From Flectonema sp. DT1601 (lineage: Eukaryota): 64,000 bases of DNA. A model generated the notes under the pieces. That model did no database searches, was not told the origin of the DNA, and was given only the letters and a program-made list of their open reading frames with translations. The first letter of the stretch is position 1; the number at the start of each line of letters is the position of its first letter. Made by a program: the position numbers and the translations under genes. Below are positions 48,000-58,675 of the stretch, in pieces. Location: the NCBI GenBank assembly GCA_964019425.1, contig OZ025786.1, positions 930,001 through 994,000 on the forward strand, read 5' to 3'.

Positions 48000-50240
48000 T
48001 TACAAGGGGGTGGAGTCACCGTGAACGTCATCAGCAGAACATCTCCTTCGATTGTAACGATATCTTGATGGAGGGGTTCGTTTTTTCAGAGTTGAACGCT
48101 CAGACTTTCTCGGCGGAGTTTCATTTTCCTCATGTTCTTCTGTGTCTGGCGGACTCAAACCTTCTGCCCATGAAGCTAATTGGAACTTCAGGGCCGCAAT
48201 TTGAGACCGTGCCAAGGCGAGTTGAGCATTTAAATCGCTCGCCAGTCCCGTTAACATCATGGATTGCTCAAGCTGCTCTGCGTGAGTTGTACACCGTTGG
48301 TGATTCAGCTCCGAGAGGCGAAGTTGGGCATCCAGAAGTTGTTCTGAGAGCTCTGCCGCTTTCTCGTTTGTTTCGAGAGAGTCATCTACTGCTCGACAGT
48401 AGTTCTCGAGTAAGTCAATCCTACCCTCGGACCATTGTCTCGCAATAGGTGTATTCTCTTTAACGGAGATAACGTGACTCTCTTGTCGTAAAATCTTGGT
48501 CGGCGTGCGGTCGAGAGCTTCACTCTGCGGCATTGTCGGAGGAATTGAGGCTAGAGGACAAAGAGGGGTGATATAATTAAGGGTAGGGATAAGGGGTTTA
48601 ATAAGAGGAGTAAAAAGACTACTCGTAGTTGTAAAGAGCGAGAGGTAGTTCTTTGCTATCTTCATCATAGCAACAGATTCATACAGAACGGGGGTTCGGG
48701 GGGAAACTTGTTGACTAAAGTGGGTCATACGGGGACGCGCGGCACGCAAACTCTCGACCTCCTGTTGAGTATAGAAAAGTCTTATTTTACTTTCTCTTTC
48801 CTCATTACATTTGGTCTCCAATTCGTTCGACAGAAGAACAAACCTTTGATGGTAATTAAAGAGCGCCATTTCCGATAGGTCTGCTCTCTGAGTCAGATTT
48901 GCGAGCTCACGTTTCCTGTAATCTTCCACTAAGTCATATTGTCGAACTAGTGCAGAAAGAGAAGTCTTCGATTCATCGCGTTCTGCTGTTAACCGTTGAA
49001 TTACTCCTTCCAGAAGTTCATATTCTTTTCTATCTTTTTCAATAATTAAAACAGGGGGCGCAGGAGGAAGTGAGGATGGATCCTGGTTGGTAGCTTTGAT
49101 CTCAACAGGTAATCCATTTAGTAACTGCTTGTCTTTCTCGAGGGAGGCTGACATCGCATTAAAGTAAAATAAAAATAGAACATAAAAAATTCGTTCTTTC
49201 ATTTGCTCTAATTCGTTTTCTAAAATCTGGCATTTCAAGGAAAGTTTCAGCCTTAATTTTCCTTCTTTTTTTTTGTACAAGGGGGTTTGAGAACCCATGT
49301 CAGATTGAGTTCTTATCACTATAGCGAAATCAGCAGGAAGTGTTTGCGATCCCGTTGACATGAGTTCAGGTGGGGGAGTCTGGAAAGAGATGGAAGAAAT
49401 AGAAGAGAATGACAAGGAGAGTCCAGTGAGCTCATCCTCATCTAACAAAACAGAAGGGGCCGGGGAGGAAGAACCATTGGCAATAAGTAGAATAGAAAGA
49501 GCCGATGCGTAACAAGTTTGCCAGATAAAACATTTCTCAAGCCACGATCTTTCAATGGTGAGCTTTTCGATCGTTTTCAGTTTTGTTACTTTGTGGATTT
49601 TGACTTCTTCCACAGGGAAGATTTCTTTACCATCTTTTATAAAACTTGCAGTGGCAGGTTCTTCTTTAATGCTGCGCATTAGTGGTCTTGAATGCCACGT
49701 GGGGAGGTTCCTCGTCTGGAACAGAACATATGAGCACTGTCTGGCGATTCTGGTGCATTCACAAAATAAAGCTTTTGTTGGTGCTAAAGGTGAACCGATG
49801 TGACGTGTCCAGATGTTCAGCTGGTCCATGCAGATGTTTCCTCGTACGCCAACTTCAATAGTAAAAATGTTACAGTCGAAGCCATTAGCGATGATCGAGT
49901 CTCTTAGCTTTAGGTATTTCTTTTCCTTTAAGACATGAGAGGTTTCGAAACGATCTTCATTTGGACACGTCAGCTCCAGAATCAGTGCTCTTTTCGCAAA
50001 AAAAGAATAAATAAAAATGTCTGGTCTTAGAGAGGACGAGACATGGCACACTTCAAGAGGAACAATTAGGCGGTTATCACCGACATCGTCGAGGATGACC
50101 CAATCATTCGCTAGTGAAAGTTCGCCTGTCTCTTTAGAAATTCTTTCTAGGGGTTTATTTTCCCCTGTTTTTAAAAAAGTTTGAGAGGGAGGCGGGAGGT
50201 TTTCTTTTCTTTTGTTGGCTTTTATTATCAACTCTTCCAA
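48000..50240 (-). CDS. 5'-truncated ORF: HERO-like restriction-like endonuclease domain in frame with the coiled-coil protein
   Basis: LANDWVILDD...LRPDIFI...ILELTCPNE...KEKKY..L...IEVGVRG...SYVLFQTR..W matches the RLE of non-LTR retrotransposons. No stop occurs before the coiled-coil region. Confidence 0.8.
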   Translation of the reverse strand: MEELIIKANKRKENLPPPSQTFLKTGENKPLERISKETGELSLANDWVILDDVGDNRLIVPLEVCHVSSSLRPDIFIYSFFAKRALILELTCPNEDRFETSHVLKEKKYLKLRDSIIANGFDCNIFTIEVGVRGNICMDQLNIWTRHIGSPLAPTKALFCECTRIARQCSYVLFQTRNLPTWHSRPLMRSIKEEPATASFIKDGKEIFPVEEVKIHKVTKLKTIEKLTIERSWLEKCFIWQTCYASALSILLIANGSSSPAPSVLLDEDELTGLSLSFSSISSISFQTPPPELMSTGSQTLPADFAIVIRTQSDMGSQTPLYKKKEGKLRLKLSLKCQILENELEQMKERIFYVLFLFYFNAMSASLEKDKQLLNGLPVEIKATNQDPSSLPPAPPVLIIEKDRKEYELLEGVIQRLTAERDESKTSLSALVRQYDLVEDYRKRELANLTQRADLSEMALFNYHQRFVLLSNELETKCNEERESKIRLFYTQQEVESLRAARPRMTHFSQQVSPRTPVLYESVAMMKIAKNYLSLFTTTSSLFTPLIKPLIPTLNYITPLCPLASIPPTMPQSEALDRTPTKILRQESHVISVKENTPIARQWSEGRIDLLENYCRAVDDSLETNEKAAELSEQLLDAQLRLSELNHQRCTTHAEQLEQSMMLTGLASDLNAQLALARSQIAALKFQLASWAEGLSPPDTEEHEENETPPRKSERSTLKKRTPPSRYRYNRRRCSADDVHGDSTPL

Positions 50241-50335
50241 GAAGATAACAATGCGTTTTAGAGTTCAATGAGTTCAGGTGGGGGAGTCTGGAAAGAGATG
50301 GAAGAAATAGAAGAGAATGACAAGGAGAGTCCAGT

Positions 50336-51620
50336 TATGCCTTTAGCCTACTCGGTTGGAGTGGTCGAAAACCACGAGGGATGGGCATACCACCACACCC
50401 ACCTGAAGAACCATTTTGGCGACCGACTGAAAAGGTTCGTCTTGATTTCCGACAGGCAGAAGGGGCTGGAGTCCGACACCTCCCTGCACGGAGTCGTGTT
50501 GCACCATGCTTTGTGCGTGCAGCACTTGGTTGGCAACGTGGCCAGCCAGACGAAGATACCGAAGGTTGATGCGACATTGTTAGTGTGGAAGATTAGCAAG
50601 CTAAGCATCGAAACAGAGGCCGAGACGTGCCTTCAAGGGATAAAGGACAAGTACGGAAAACGTGCCCATCGTTATCTGCTTAAGTCAAACCTTGAAAGGT
50701 GGTCAGACGCTTACTGGCCTTCGGGTGTCCCCAGATGCAACACCTACACCTCCAACGCGTCGGAATGCGTCAACGCCGTGTTCAAGGAGACTCGGCAAGG
50801 GAGTCTTTTATCTGTGATAAAGGACACCCGTTGTTGGACAACGGACACCTACGCCAGCCGACGCGAGATGCATGCTGACGTTCCTGCGAACTATCCGGTT
50901 CCGACAGTGGAGTTGTTCGTTCGGGGGAGTGCCACCTCAGCAAACAACCATGCTGTCACACCACTGGGTGAAGGACAATGGGAAGTACGACGAGAACACG
51001 GGTGGTTGGTGTGTCTGAAAGATGGAACATTAGTGTGTGGCTGTCCTGATTTCCTCCGCCACAACCTACCTTGCATCCACACAGTCAGAGTATTGACACA
51101 TCAGCGCAATAATGTCTTTACTCACGAAACCTCTTTGCCTCCCTACACCAGAATGAGCAGCTACAGAGAGCTCTACCGCGTCTCTGTGTACCCACAGGCG
51201 ATACCTACCGGACAGCTTCAATTCGACGGCACGAAACCCCCTGTTGTGCAGAAGGGTGTCGGGAGAAGAAGAAAGGTTCGGATTCGCTCCAACGGTGAAT
51301 CAAGGACCCTGACGTGCTCCAACTGCGACGCTAAAGGTCACAACAAACGAAGTTGTCGGAAACCAACCTCGCAATCATCAAAGCCAGCAGCAAAGCCAGC
51401 AGCGAAGAAAGCAGCAGCAAAGCCAGCAGCAAAGCCAGCAGCAAAGCCAGCAGCAAAGAAAGTAGCAGCAAAGCCAGCAGCAAAGACAGTCAAGAAGAAG
51501 CGAAAGCGATGTGAATCCTCTGATTCGGACTCACAATCTTTAAGTGCACAGTCATCCTACTCATCTTACTCAACTTCAACGACAGAGTCTTACTCAACTT
51601 CAACGACAGATTCTGACTGA
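50336..51620 (+). pseudogene. MuDR transposase, 3' part
   Basis: MPLAY, ISDRQKGL, LCVQH, TSNASE, SWIM (CGC...PCIH), CCHC knuckle and KPAA repeats. It rejoins the 5' part in frame to give 648 aa. Confidence 0.92.
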
Positions 51621-51782
51621 CTTACTGGCCACTGACTTGTTCAACAATGTTTATCCCTCTCTAAAAAGAAAACTCTGATTGCCATATGCATGTGTTTTGA
51701 CACTTTTGCCACGTCTGGTCTTATTTTGAATTGCCTTTGTCACGCTCTCTTTTTCCATCAGGTTTTGGGTAAAAAAAAAAAA

Positions 51783-51853
51783 GGTCGTATCGGGATTCGA
51801 GCCGGGTACCTCTGGGATATAAGGTGGAGGTACTACCTCTCGACTAACGGGTC
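51783..51853 (-). promoter_or_regulatory. tRNA-like A-box/B-box sequence in the Mutator subterminal region
   Basis: Minus strand GACCCGTTAGTCGAGAGGT...CCGGCTCGAATCCCG. The acceptor and anticodon stems do not pair, so it is not a functional tRNA. Confidence 0.45.
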
Positions 51854-51965
51854 GCTGTAAAAAAAAGTTTTTTCCCTCTTTTTATTCATATCGGGGTGGG
51901 ACGTTTTTTTTTTGTGATGAGTTGGCGATTTCGCAAACTATTTTTGTGGAATTAGGGGTTTTCCC

Positions 51966-54955
51966 TTTATTTTTTAAAGAAAAAAAAACGGAAAATAGAA
52001 ATTAGTCGACAAAGTCGAACGGTAAAAAAACAATGATAACATTGTTTATTCTTTTTTTTTATTTTTTTTATATTTTTTTTAATTAATTTTGAAAAAAAAA
52101 ACAATCAGTTTAGCGTCTTGACCAGGATGGAAAATAGAAAGCGATCGACATAGTCGATCGATAAGAAAACAATGATAATATTGTTTATTCTTTTTTTTTA
52201 TTTTAAATTCTTTTTATTTATTTTTTAAAGAAAAAAAAAACGGAAAATAGAAATTAGTCGACAAAGTCGAACGATAAAAAAAAACAATGATAACATTGTT
52301 TATTCTTTTTTTTGTATTTTTTTTATATTCTTTTTTATTAATTTTGAAAAAAAAAAAAAAACAATCAGTTTAGCGTCTTGACCAGGACGGAAAATAGAAA
52401 GTAATCGACATAGTCGATCGATAAAAAAAACAATGATAACATTGTTTATTCTTTTTTTTTTTTTTTTTTTTAAATTCTTTTTATTTATTTTTTAAAAAGA
52501 AAAAAAAACGGAAAATAGAAATTAGTCAACAAAGTCGAACGATAAAAAAAAAAACAATGATAACATTGTTTATTCTTTTTTTTTAATTTTTTTTTCTATT
52601 CTTTTTTATTAATTTTGAAAAAAAAACAATCAGTTTAGCGTCTTGACCAGGACGGAAAATAGAAAGTGATCGACATAGTCGATCGATAAAAAAAAACAAT
52701 GATAACATTGTTTATTCTTTTTTTTTATTTTAAATTCTTTTTATTTATTTTTTAAAGAAAAAAAAAGGAAAATAGAAATTAGTCGACAAAGTCGAACGAT
52801 GAAAAAAAACAATGATAACATTGTTTATTCTTTTTTTTATTTTTTTTTTTTATTCTTTTTTATTAATTTTGAAAAAAAAAACAATCAGTTTAGCGTCTTG
52901 ACCAGGACGGAAAATAGAAAGTAATCGACATAGTCGATCGATAAGAAAACAATGATAACATTGTTTATTCTTTTTTTTTTATTTTAAATTCTTTTTATTT
53001 ATTTTTTAAAGAAAAAAACTGAAAATAGAAATTAGTCGACAAAGTCGAACGATAAAAAAAACAATGATAACATTGTTTATTCTTTTTTTATTTTTTTTTT
53101 ATATTCTTTTTTATTAATTTTGAAAAAAAAAAAACAATCAGTTTAGCGTCTTGACCAGGACGGAAAATAGAAAGTAATCGACATAGTCGATCGATAAAAA
53201 AAACAATGATAACATTGTTTATTCTTTTTTTTTATTTTAAAATCTTTTTATTTATTTTTTAAAGAAAAAAACTGAAAATAGAAATTAGTCGACAAAGTCG
53301 AACGATAAAAAAAACAATGATAACATTGTTTATTCTTTTTTTTTTATTTTAAATTCTTTTTATTTATTTTTTAAAGAAAAAAACTGAAAATAGAAATTAG
53401 TCGACAAAGTCGAACGATAAAAAAAACAATGATAACATTGTTTATTCTTTTTTTATTTTTTTTTTATATTCTTTTTTATTAATTTTGAAAAAAAAAAAAC
53501 AATCAGTTTAGCGTCTTGACCAGGACGGAAAATAGAAAGTAATCGACATAGTCGATCGATAAAAAAAACAATGATAACATTGTTTATTCTTTTTTTTTAT
53601 TTTAAAATCTTTTTATTTATTTTTTAAAGAAAAAAACTGAAAATAGAAATTAGTCGACAAAGTCGAACGATAAAAAAAACAATGATAACATTGTTTATTC
53701 TTTTTTTTTATTTTAAATTCTTTTTATTTATTTTTTAAAGAAAAGAAACGGAAAATAGAAATTAGTCCGATAAAAAAAAAAACAATGATAACATTGTTTA
53801 TTCTTTTTTTTATTTTTTTTTTTTATATTCTTTTTTATTAATTTTGAAAAAAAAAAACAATCAGTTTAGCGTCTTGACCAGGACGGAAAATAGAAATTAG
53901 TCGACAAAGTCGAACGATAAAAAAACAATGATAACATTGTTTATTCTTTTTTTTTTTTTTTTATTTCTTTTTATTTATAAAAAAAAACAATCAGTTTAGC
54001 GTCTTGACCAGGACGGAAAATAGAAAGTGATCGTCATAGTCGATCGATAAAAAAACAATGATAACATTGTTTATTCTTTTTTTTTATTTTAAATTCTTTT
54101 TATTTATTTTTTAAAGAAAAAAAAAAACGGAAATAGAAATTAGTCGACAAAGTCGAACGATGAAAAAAAACAATGATAACATTGTTTATTCTTTTTTTTA
54201 TTTTATTTTTTTTTATTCTTTTTTATTAATTTTGAAAAAAAAAACAATCAGTTTAGCGTCTTGACCAGGACGGAAAATAGAAAGTAATCGACATAGTCGA
54301 TCGATAAGAAAACAATGATAACATTGTTTATTCTTTTTTTTTATTTTAAATTCTTTTTATTTATTTTTTAAAGAAAAAAAACTGAAAATAGAAATTAGTC
54401 GACAAAGTCGAACGATAAAAAAACAATGATAACATTGTTTATTCTTTTTTTTTTTTTTTTATTTCTTTTTATTTATAAAAAAAAACAATCAGTTTAGCGT
54501 CTTGACCAGGACGGAAAATAGAAAGTGATCGACATAGTCGATCGATAAAAAAACAATGATAACATTGTTTATTCTTTTTTTTTATTTTAAATTCTTTTTA
54601 TTTATTTTTTAAAGAAAAAAAAAACGGAAAATAGAAATTAGTCGACAAAGTCGAACGATGAAAAAAAACAATGATAACATTGTTTATTCTTTTTTTTATT
54701 TTTTTTTTTTTTATTAATTTTGAAAAAAAAAAAAACAATCAGTTTAGCGTCTTGACCAGGACGGAAAATAGAAAGTAATCGACATAGTCGATCGATAAGA
54801 AAACAATGATAACATTGTTTATTCTTTTTTTTTATTTTAAATTCTTTTTATTTATTTTTTAAAGAAAAAAACTGAAAATAGAAATTAGTCGACAAAGTCG
54901 AACGATAAAAAAACAATGATAACATTGTTTATTATTTTTTTTTTTTTATTTTAAA
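51966..54955 (+). repeat. Hairpin satellite A array (continuation of 34359-34928)
   Basis: Resumes in register after the Mutator TSD. Confidence 0.95.
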
Positions 54956-55202
54956 TTACCGGCTACAAGCAAAAAATGCAGGAATTTTTTTTTTTTTACA
55001 AGTATTACGAGTAAAGTGAGATCCCACACCCGGAATTGAATTTTTTGGGGCATGTTTCAGACGGGGTTGGGTCTCGATTGAGTTGTACATGCCCGCAGTT
55101 TACCGTTGACCAAAACGGTACCAGACTTTTGACATCCACTCATATTTTATTTTTTTTTTTATTTTTTTCATGTTTGATTATTTCCTCTTCATATTTTTTT
55201 TT

Positions 55203-55234
<32 letters not shown>

Positions 55235-55814
55235 CTCTGCCTCTCTCTTAATTCTGTTCGTTTCTTTGAAACGAAAATTCATTTGAATATTATTCCTTGG
55301 TCAGCAACAGTCATTGTCGCCCTCTGGGCCTGTTAAAAAAAAAAAAATTAAAAAGAAAGTTTACATCGGGAATAGGGCAGGAGCCAAAAGCTCCCAGTCC
55401 GTTACTTCCCACTCTATCGAATTCAGCCTTTTTATTTATTTTTTAACAGGAGTTAAGATCACTTACATGAGTTAACACAACACAGATACGAGAGTCGCAA
55501 ACTGAGAAATCCAACATCATGAATCTTTAGAAGAGTGATACAGCTCGGTATGTGTGCAGGGCCGGGTCACCTACGCAGAGACAAGTCTCCGCTACACGTC
55601 GTACCAACCAAGATGAGGTATGAGAGCGCAAAAACCAAGTATACATGATCAGCGGCCTAGGGCTTGACATGAATAGCTGTGGAGTGGCGAAACCATTTAG
55701 TGTTCTCAAGTCTGAGATCACCTCACTGAGCCACACAGTACACAGTTATATTCATTTTACTTTTTATTATTTCCCATCTACTTTTTATTTTCTATTAGTT
55801 CTGGTCAGAAACTC

Positions 55815-56331
55815 CTGGGCAGCAAGAAGGAAAGCAGTTTAGTACTTCTGGGTGTTTGGCATCACCCCCCATAGTGAGCAAGTACAACAGGTAGCATTGG
55901 TAGTCTGTTGATCCTGAGTGATCCCAGCTACAGTTTTGTTTTTCTTTCTTTTTTTTAGAAGAAGATCAGGACATCCAAGCACTGCTGGATAGTTGCTGAA
56001 TGCAGGGCCTGCCTGTGGCATTATAATAACAGGCTAAGTCATTTGTAGTTCATAGTTTACCTTTGATTTTATAACTTCACACAGGGTACTATGAACGATG
56101 AGAGATCCAGTGGGATCACTCAGGGTCTAGTAGAGACCACCAATGTTGTGCGTTGATAGGCAAGGTGACCAACCTTGACATTCTTTCTTTTCTCTCCTGT
56201 TGTGACAAACACAAAATACACACACAGCTTACAGTGTGTTCTTTGTGTATGTTTTCTTCAGGTGTGAGTAGTTTTTTTGTTCTTGCTCTTCAGGGAGGGC
56301 CTTAGCCAAAAGCTAACAGTCCAAATCTCAC
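55815..56331 (-). mobile_element. Introner-like mobile intron, copy 2 (517 nt)
   Basis: Same ends and length as copy 1, with one substitution noticed. CTGG at 55815-55818 and 56332-56335. Confidence 0.75.
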
Positions 56332-57023
56332 CTGGTAAACTCAACTCGGAGTTTCTGTGAAAGTAGCCCACGGAACACTTTTCTAAAGATTCAATCAGCC
56401 GAACTACTCCGCTACTGAGCTACTAGTATATATTATTATGTCACCTGTTGAAGGAGTACTAAGAGGTTGATTCAGGCCCTGCACGTATTAGTTGTAATTA
56501 CAGCACTTGCTTTACCTTAAATTACTCCTTCCCTCATTGAGAACCAACCCATCTCGGCCATCCCGGTGTATTTGGGAACGAAGAAAAACCTTGTTTTCTT
56601 ACCGAACAGCGAAAAATCCGAATATCACTTTCAGTGAATAGCGAAAGAAAAACTTTTCCGTTTACTGAACAGCGAAAATGAAATTACCTACCATAGCATT
56701 TTATACAGGAAAAAAAAAGTTGTTCACTAGCGAAAAGTTTTTTTGGGTGCAGGCAACGGAGAAAAAAAAAAAAAAAATTCATTTTGCCAACAAAAAAAAA
56801 AAATTTTTTTTTTGCTGTCCATTTCGGAAACTTTCGTGTGTGGAGCTGTCCATTTCGGAAACTATTTTGTGTGGAGCTGTCCATTTCGGAAACTATTTTG
56901 TGTGGAGCTGTCCGTTTCGGAAACTTTCATGTTGAGATCGGACATTTCAGTAACATTTACGTGGAATTAGAGGTTTTCCCTTTTTATTTTTTTCATGTTT
57001 GATTATTTCCTCTTCATATTTTT

Positions 57024-57054
<31 letters not shown>

Positions 57055-57246
57055 CTCTGCCTCTCTCTTAATTCTGTTCGTTTCTTTGAAACGAAAATTC
57101 ATTTGAATATTATTCCTTGGTCAGCAACCATCATTGTCGCCCTTTGGGCCTGTTAAAAAAAAAAAAAAAAAAAAAGAAAGTTTACATCGGGAATAGGGCA
57201 GGAGCCAAAAGCTCCCAGTCCGTTACTTCCCACTTTATCGAAATTC

Positions 57247-58675
57247 AGATTCATTTCTGCACGACTATCCAGAGTGCAAAGACAATTTTAAATGGATTTT
57301 AGACGTTGGTGGGCACATCACGTCCTTAAAAAAAGGTGCAATGGGTCCTCCGAACAAACTACTAGAGCCTCATGTTCAACGCTTAATTGACCTTGACATT
57401 GCTGAATCGATTCCACATTCGTGTAAAAGCCGTATTCTGAGTGGTGCCTTCTGTGTCAAAAAGAAACAACCTGGAGCTCTTCGTTTTATTTTGAACCCAA
57501 AAGGGGTCAATAAAGCACTGGACGGTGTCGTCATTCCCAAGTGTGCTTTGCCTTCGTATCAGACTATTCGCAACACGATAATGAGTTCTGAGTGGATTTC
57601 ACAGTTTGATTTTAAATCGTTTTACTTTCAATTTCTACTTCCTACGGAGATAAGAAACATCTTTGGATTTCGAGTTGGTAATCGTCTGTTACGTATGAAA
57701 CGGGCACCTATGGGATTCAAGTGCACCCCGCAGGCGGGTCAGAGGTTTGCTGAGAAACTCGCAGAAGTTGCAACTTCGGGTCTGTCTGTTCGGTTTCTGG
57801 TTTGGATGGATAATGTTGTCTTTGTGTCTGATGAAAAGGGTCAGCTTGAAGAAGTTGGACTTAAATTTAGATTACTCTGCCAGAGATATCGAGTTGTACT
57901 TGGGGATGTTGATCCTGTGGGTACGAAACTGATGACCTCGAACGTAAACATATACGTTGTCGTTCCGAGTGGACTCGGAAGCTGATTGCAATTACTTCAT
58001 TGTTGGAAAAGCCTATTCCGATTCGTGTCGCATGGAAGATTTGTGGGATTTTGGTGTGGCGTTTCTATGCTCTTGGCGGTCTGATGAGATTTCTGCGCCC
58101 CATTCTTACTTGGATGTCACGTACTGCAGCCCTGGGACGTCCGTGGACTGAATTGACATCTGTTGAACCAATCGCGAAGTACATTGAAGTGCAGTTCTCT
58201 GCGCTCTTCAAAAACGAATGGGCAACATGGGTGATCGATCCAGAACGCAAGGTGATAAGAATCGCCACTGATGCTAGTGGTTCTGGTTGGGGAGTTGTCT
58301 TGTTGGCTTCTTTTGAGGAATTTTGGGGTTCCTTCGTGAATCCTCAGGGATACGATATTTACGTGAAGGAAATGTATGCTCGAATTTCGATAAAGTGGGA
58401 AGTAACGGACTGGGAGCTTTTGGCTCCTGCCCTATTCCCGATGTAAACTTTCTTTTTATTTTTTATTTTTTTTTAACAGGCCCAAAGGGCGACAATGATG
58501 GTTGCTGACCAAGGAATAATATTCAAATGAATTTTCGTTTCAAAGAAACGAACAGAATTAAGAGAGAGGCAGAGAAAAAAAAATGTGCTATGGAGTTCTC
58601 AAGGTCATTGAATTGAATCATCAACTCCTCGACATACATGCCGCGGTTGACAACGTTGCTGCGGTTAAACGTGGA
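57247..58675 (+). pseudogene. RT-RNase H fragment of a tyrosine-recombinase retrotransposon (TATE/VIPER/DIRS-like)
   Basis: FCVKKK..LRFILNP, FDFKSFYFQF, PMGF and WMDN, then RNase H TDASGSGWG...KEMYA|LCYG...VDNVAA. Frameshifted and interrupted. Confidence 0.85.
58382..58583 (-). mobile_element. 202-bp solo terminal module inserted in the RNase H coding region
   Basis: Removal restores GCT C|TG TGC in frame, with no TSD. Confidence 0.88.

Larger units (their letters stand above)
43215..50335 (-). mobile_element. Unclassified hairpin-array/coiled-coil element, unit 2, extending into an RLE domain
   Basis: Head-to-tail with unit 1 and about 1 kb longer at the ORF 5' side. A 68-bp direct repeat lies at 49360-49427 and 50268-50335. 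Confidence 0.85.
34929..51965 (+). mobile_element. Mutator (MuDR) transposon 1, carrying a 14.5-kb insertion
   Basis: ~47-bp TIRs GGGAAAACCTCTAATTCAACAAAAATAGTTTGCGAAATCGCCAACTC and 9-bp TSD tttattttt at 34920-34928 and 51966-51974. Confidence 0.95.
33908..55424. mobile_element. Copy of the unclassified hairpin-array element, bounded by inverted terminal modules and interrupted by Mutator element 1
   Basis: The terminal module at 33908 (+) and 55140-55424 (-) shares private variants (gatagag, cccagaggg, gactgtt). Satellite A is continuous across the Mutator TSD. Confidence 0.7.
33411..56980. mobile_element. Non-autonomous Mutator-like element 2, expanded to 23.6 kb by nested insertions
   Basis: TIRs GGGAAAA..TAATTCCAC and GTGGAATTAG..TTTTCCC, with 9-bp TSD tttttattt at 33402-33410 and 56981-56989. 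The flanks rejoin into one continuous reverse copy of the terminal module (33268-33410 plus 56981-57246). Confidence 0.85.

Noticed and set aside
47978..48448. Antisense ORF over the coiled-coil gene (also 41921-42304 and 59531-60001)
   Set aside because: Differences between copies are silent on the coiled-coil strand but change this frame.
35823..49358. Tandem units as a pure assembly duplication
   Set aside because: The units differ in repeat copy number, substitutions and 5' extent. Long reads are still needed to exclude it fully.
50268..50335. ATG 50268 as the start of a 450-aa transposase
   Set aside because: The first 68 nt belong to the inserted element; the true N-terminus is at 35161.
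51783..51853. Functional tRNA gene
   Set aside because: The acceptor and anticodon stems do not pair.
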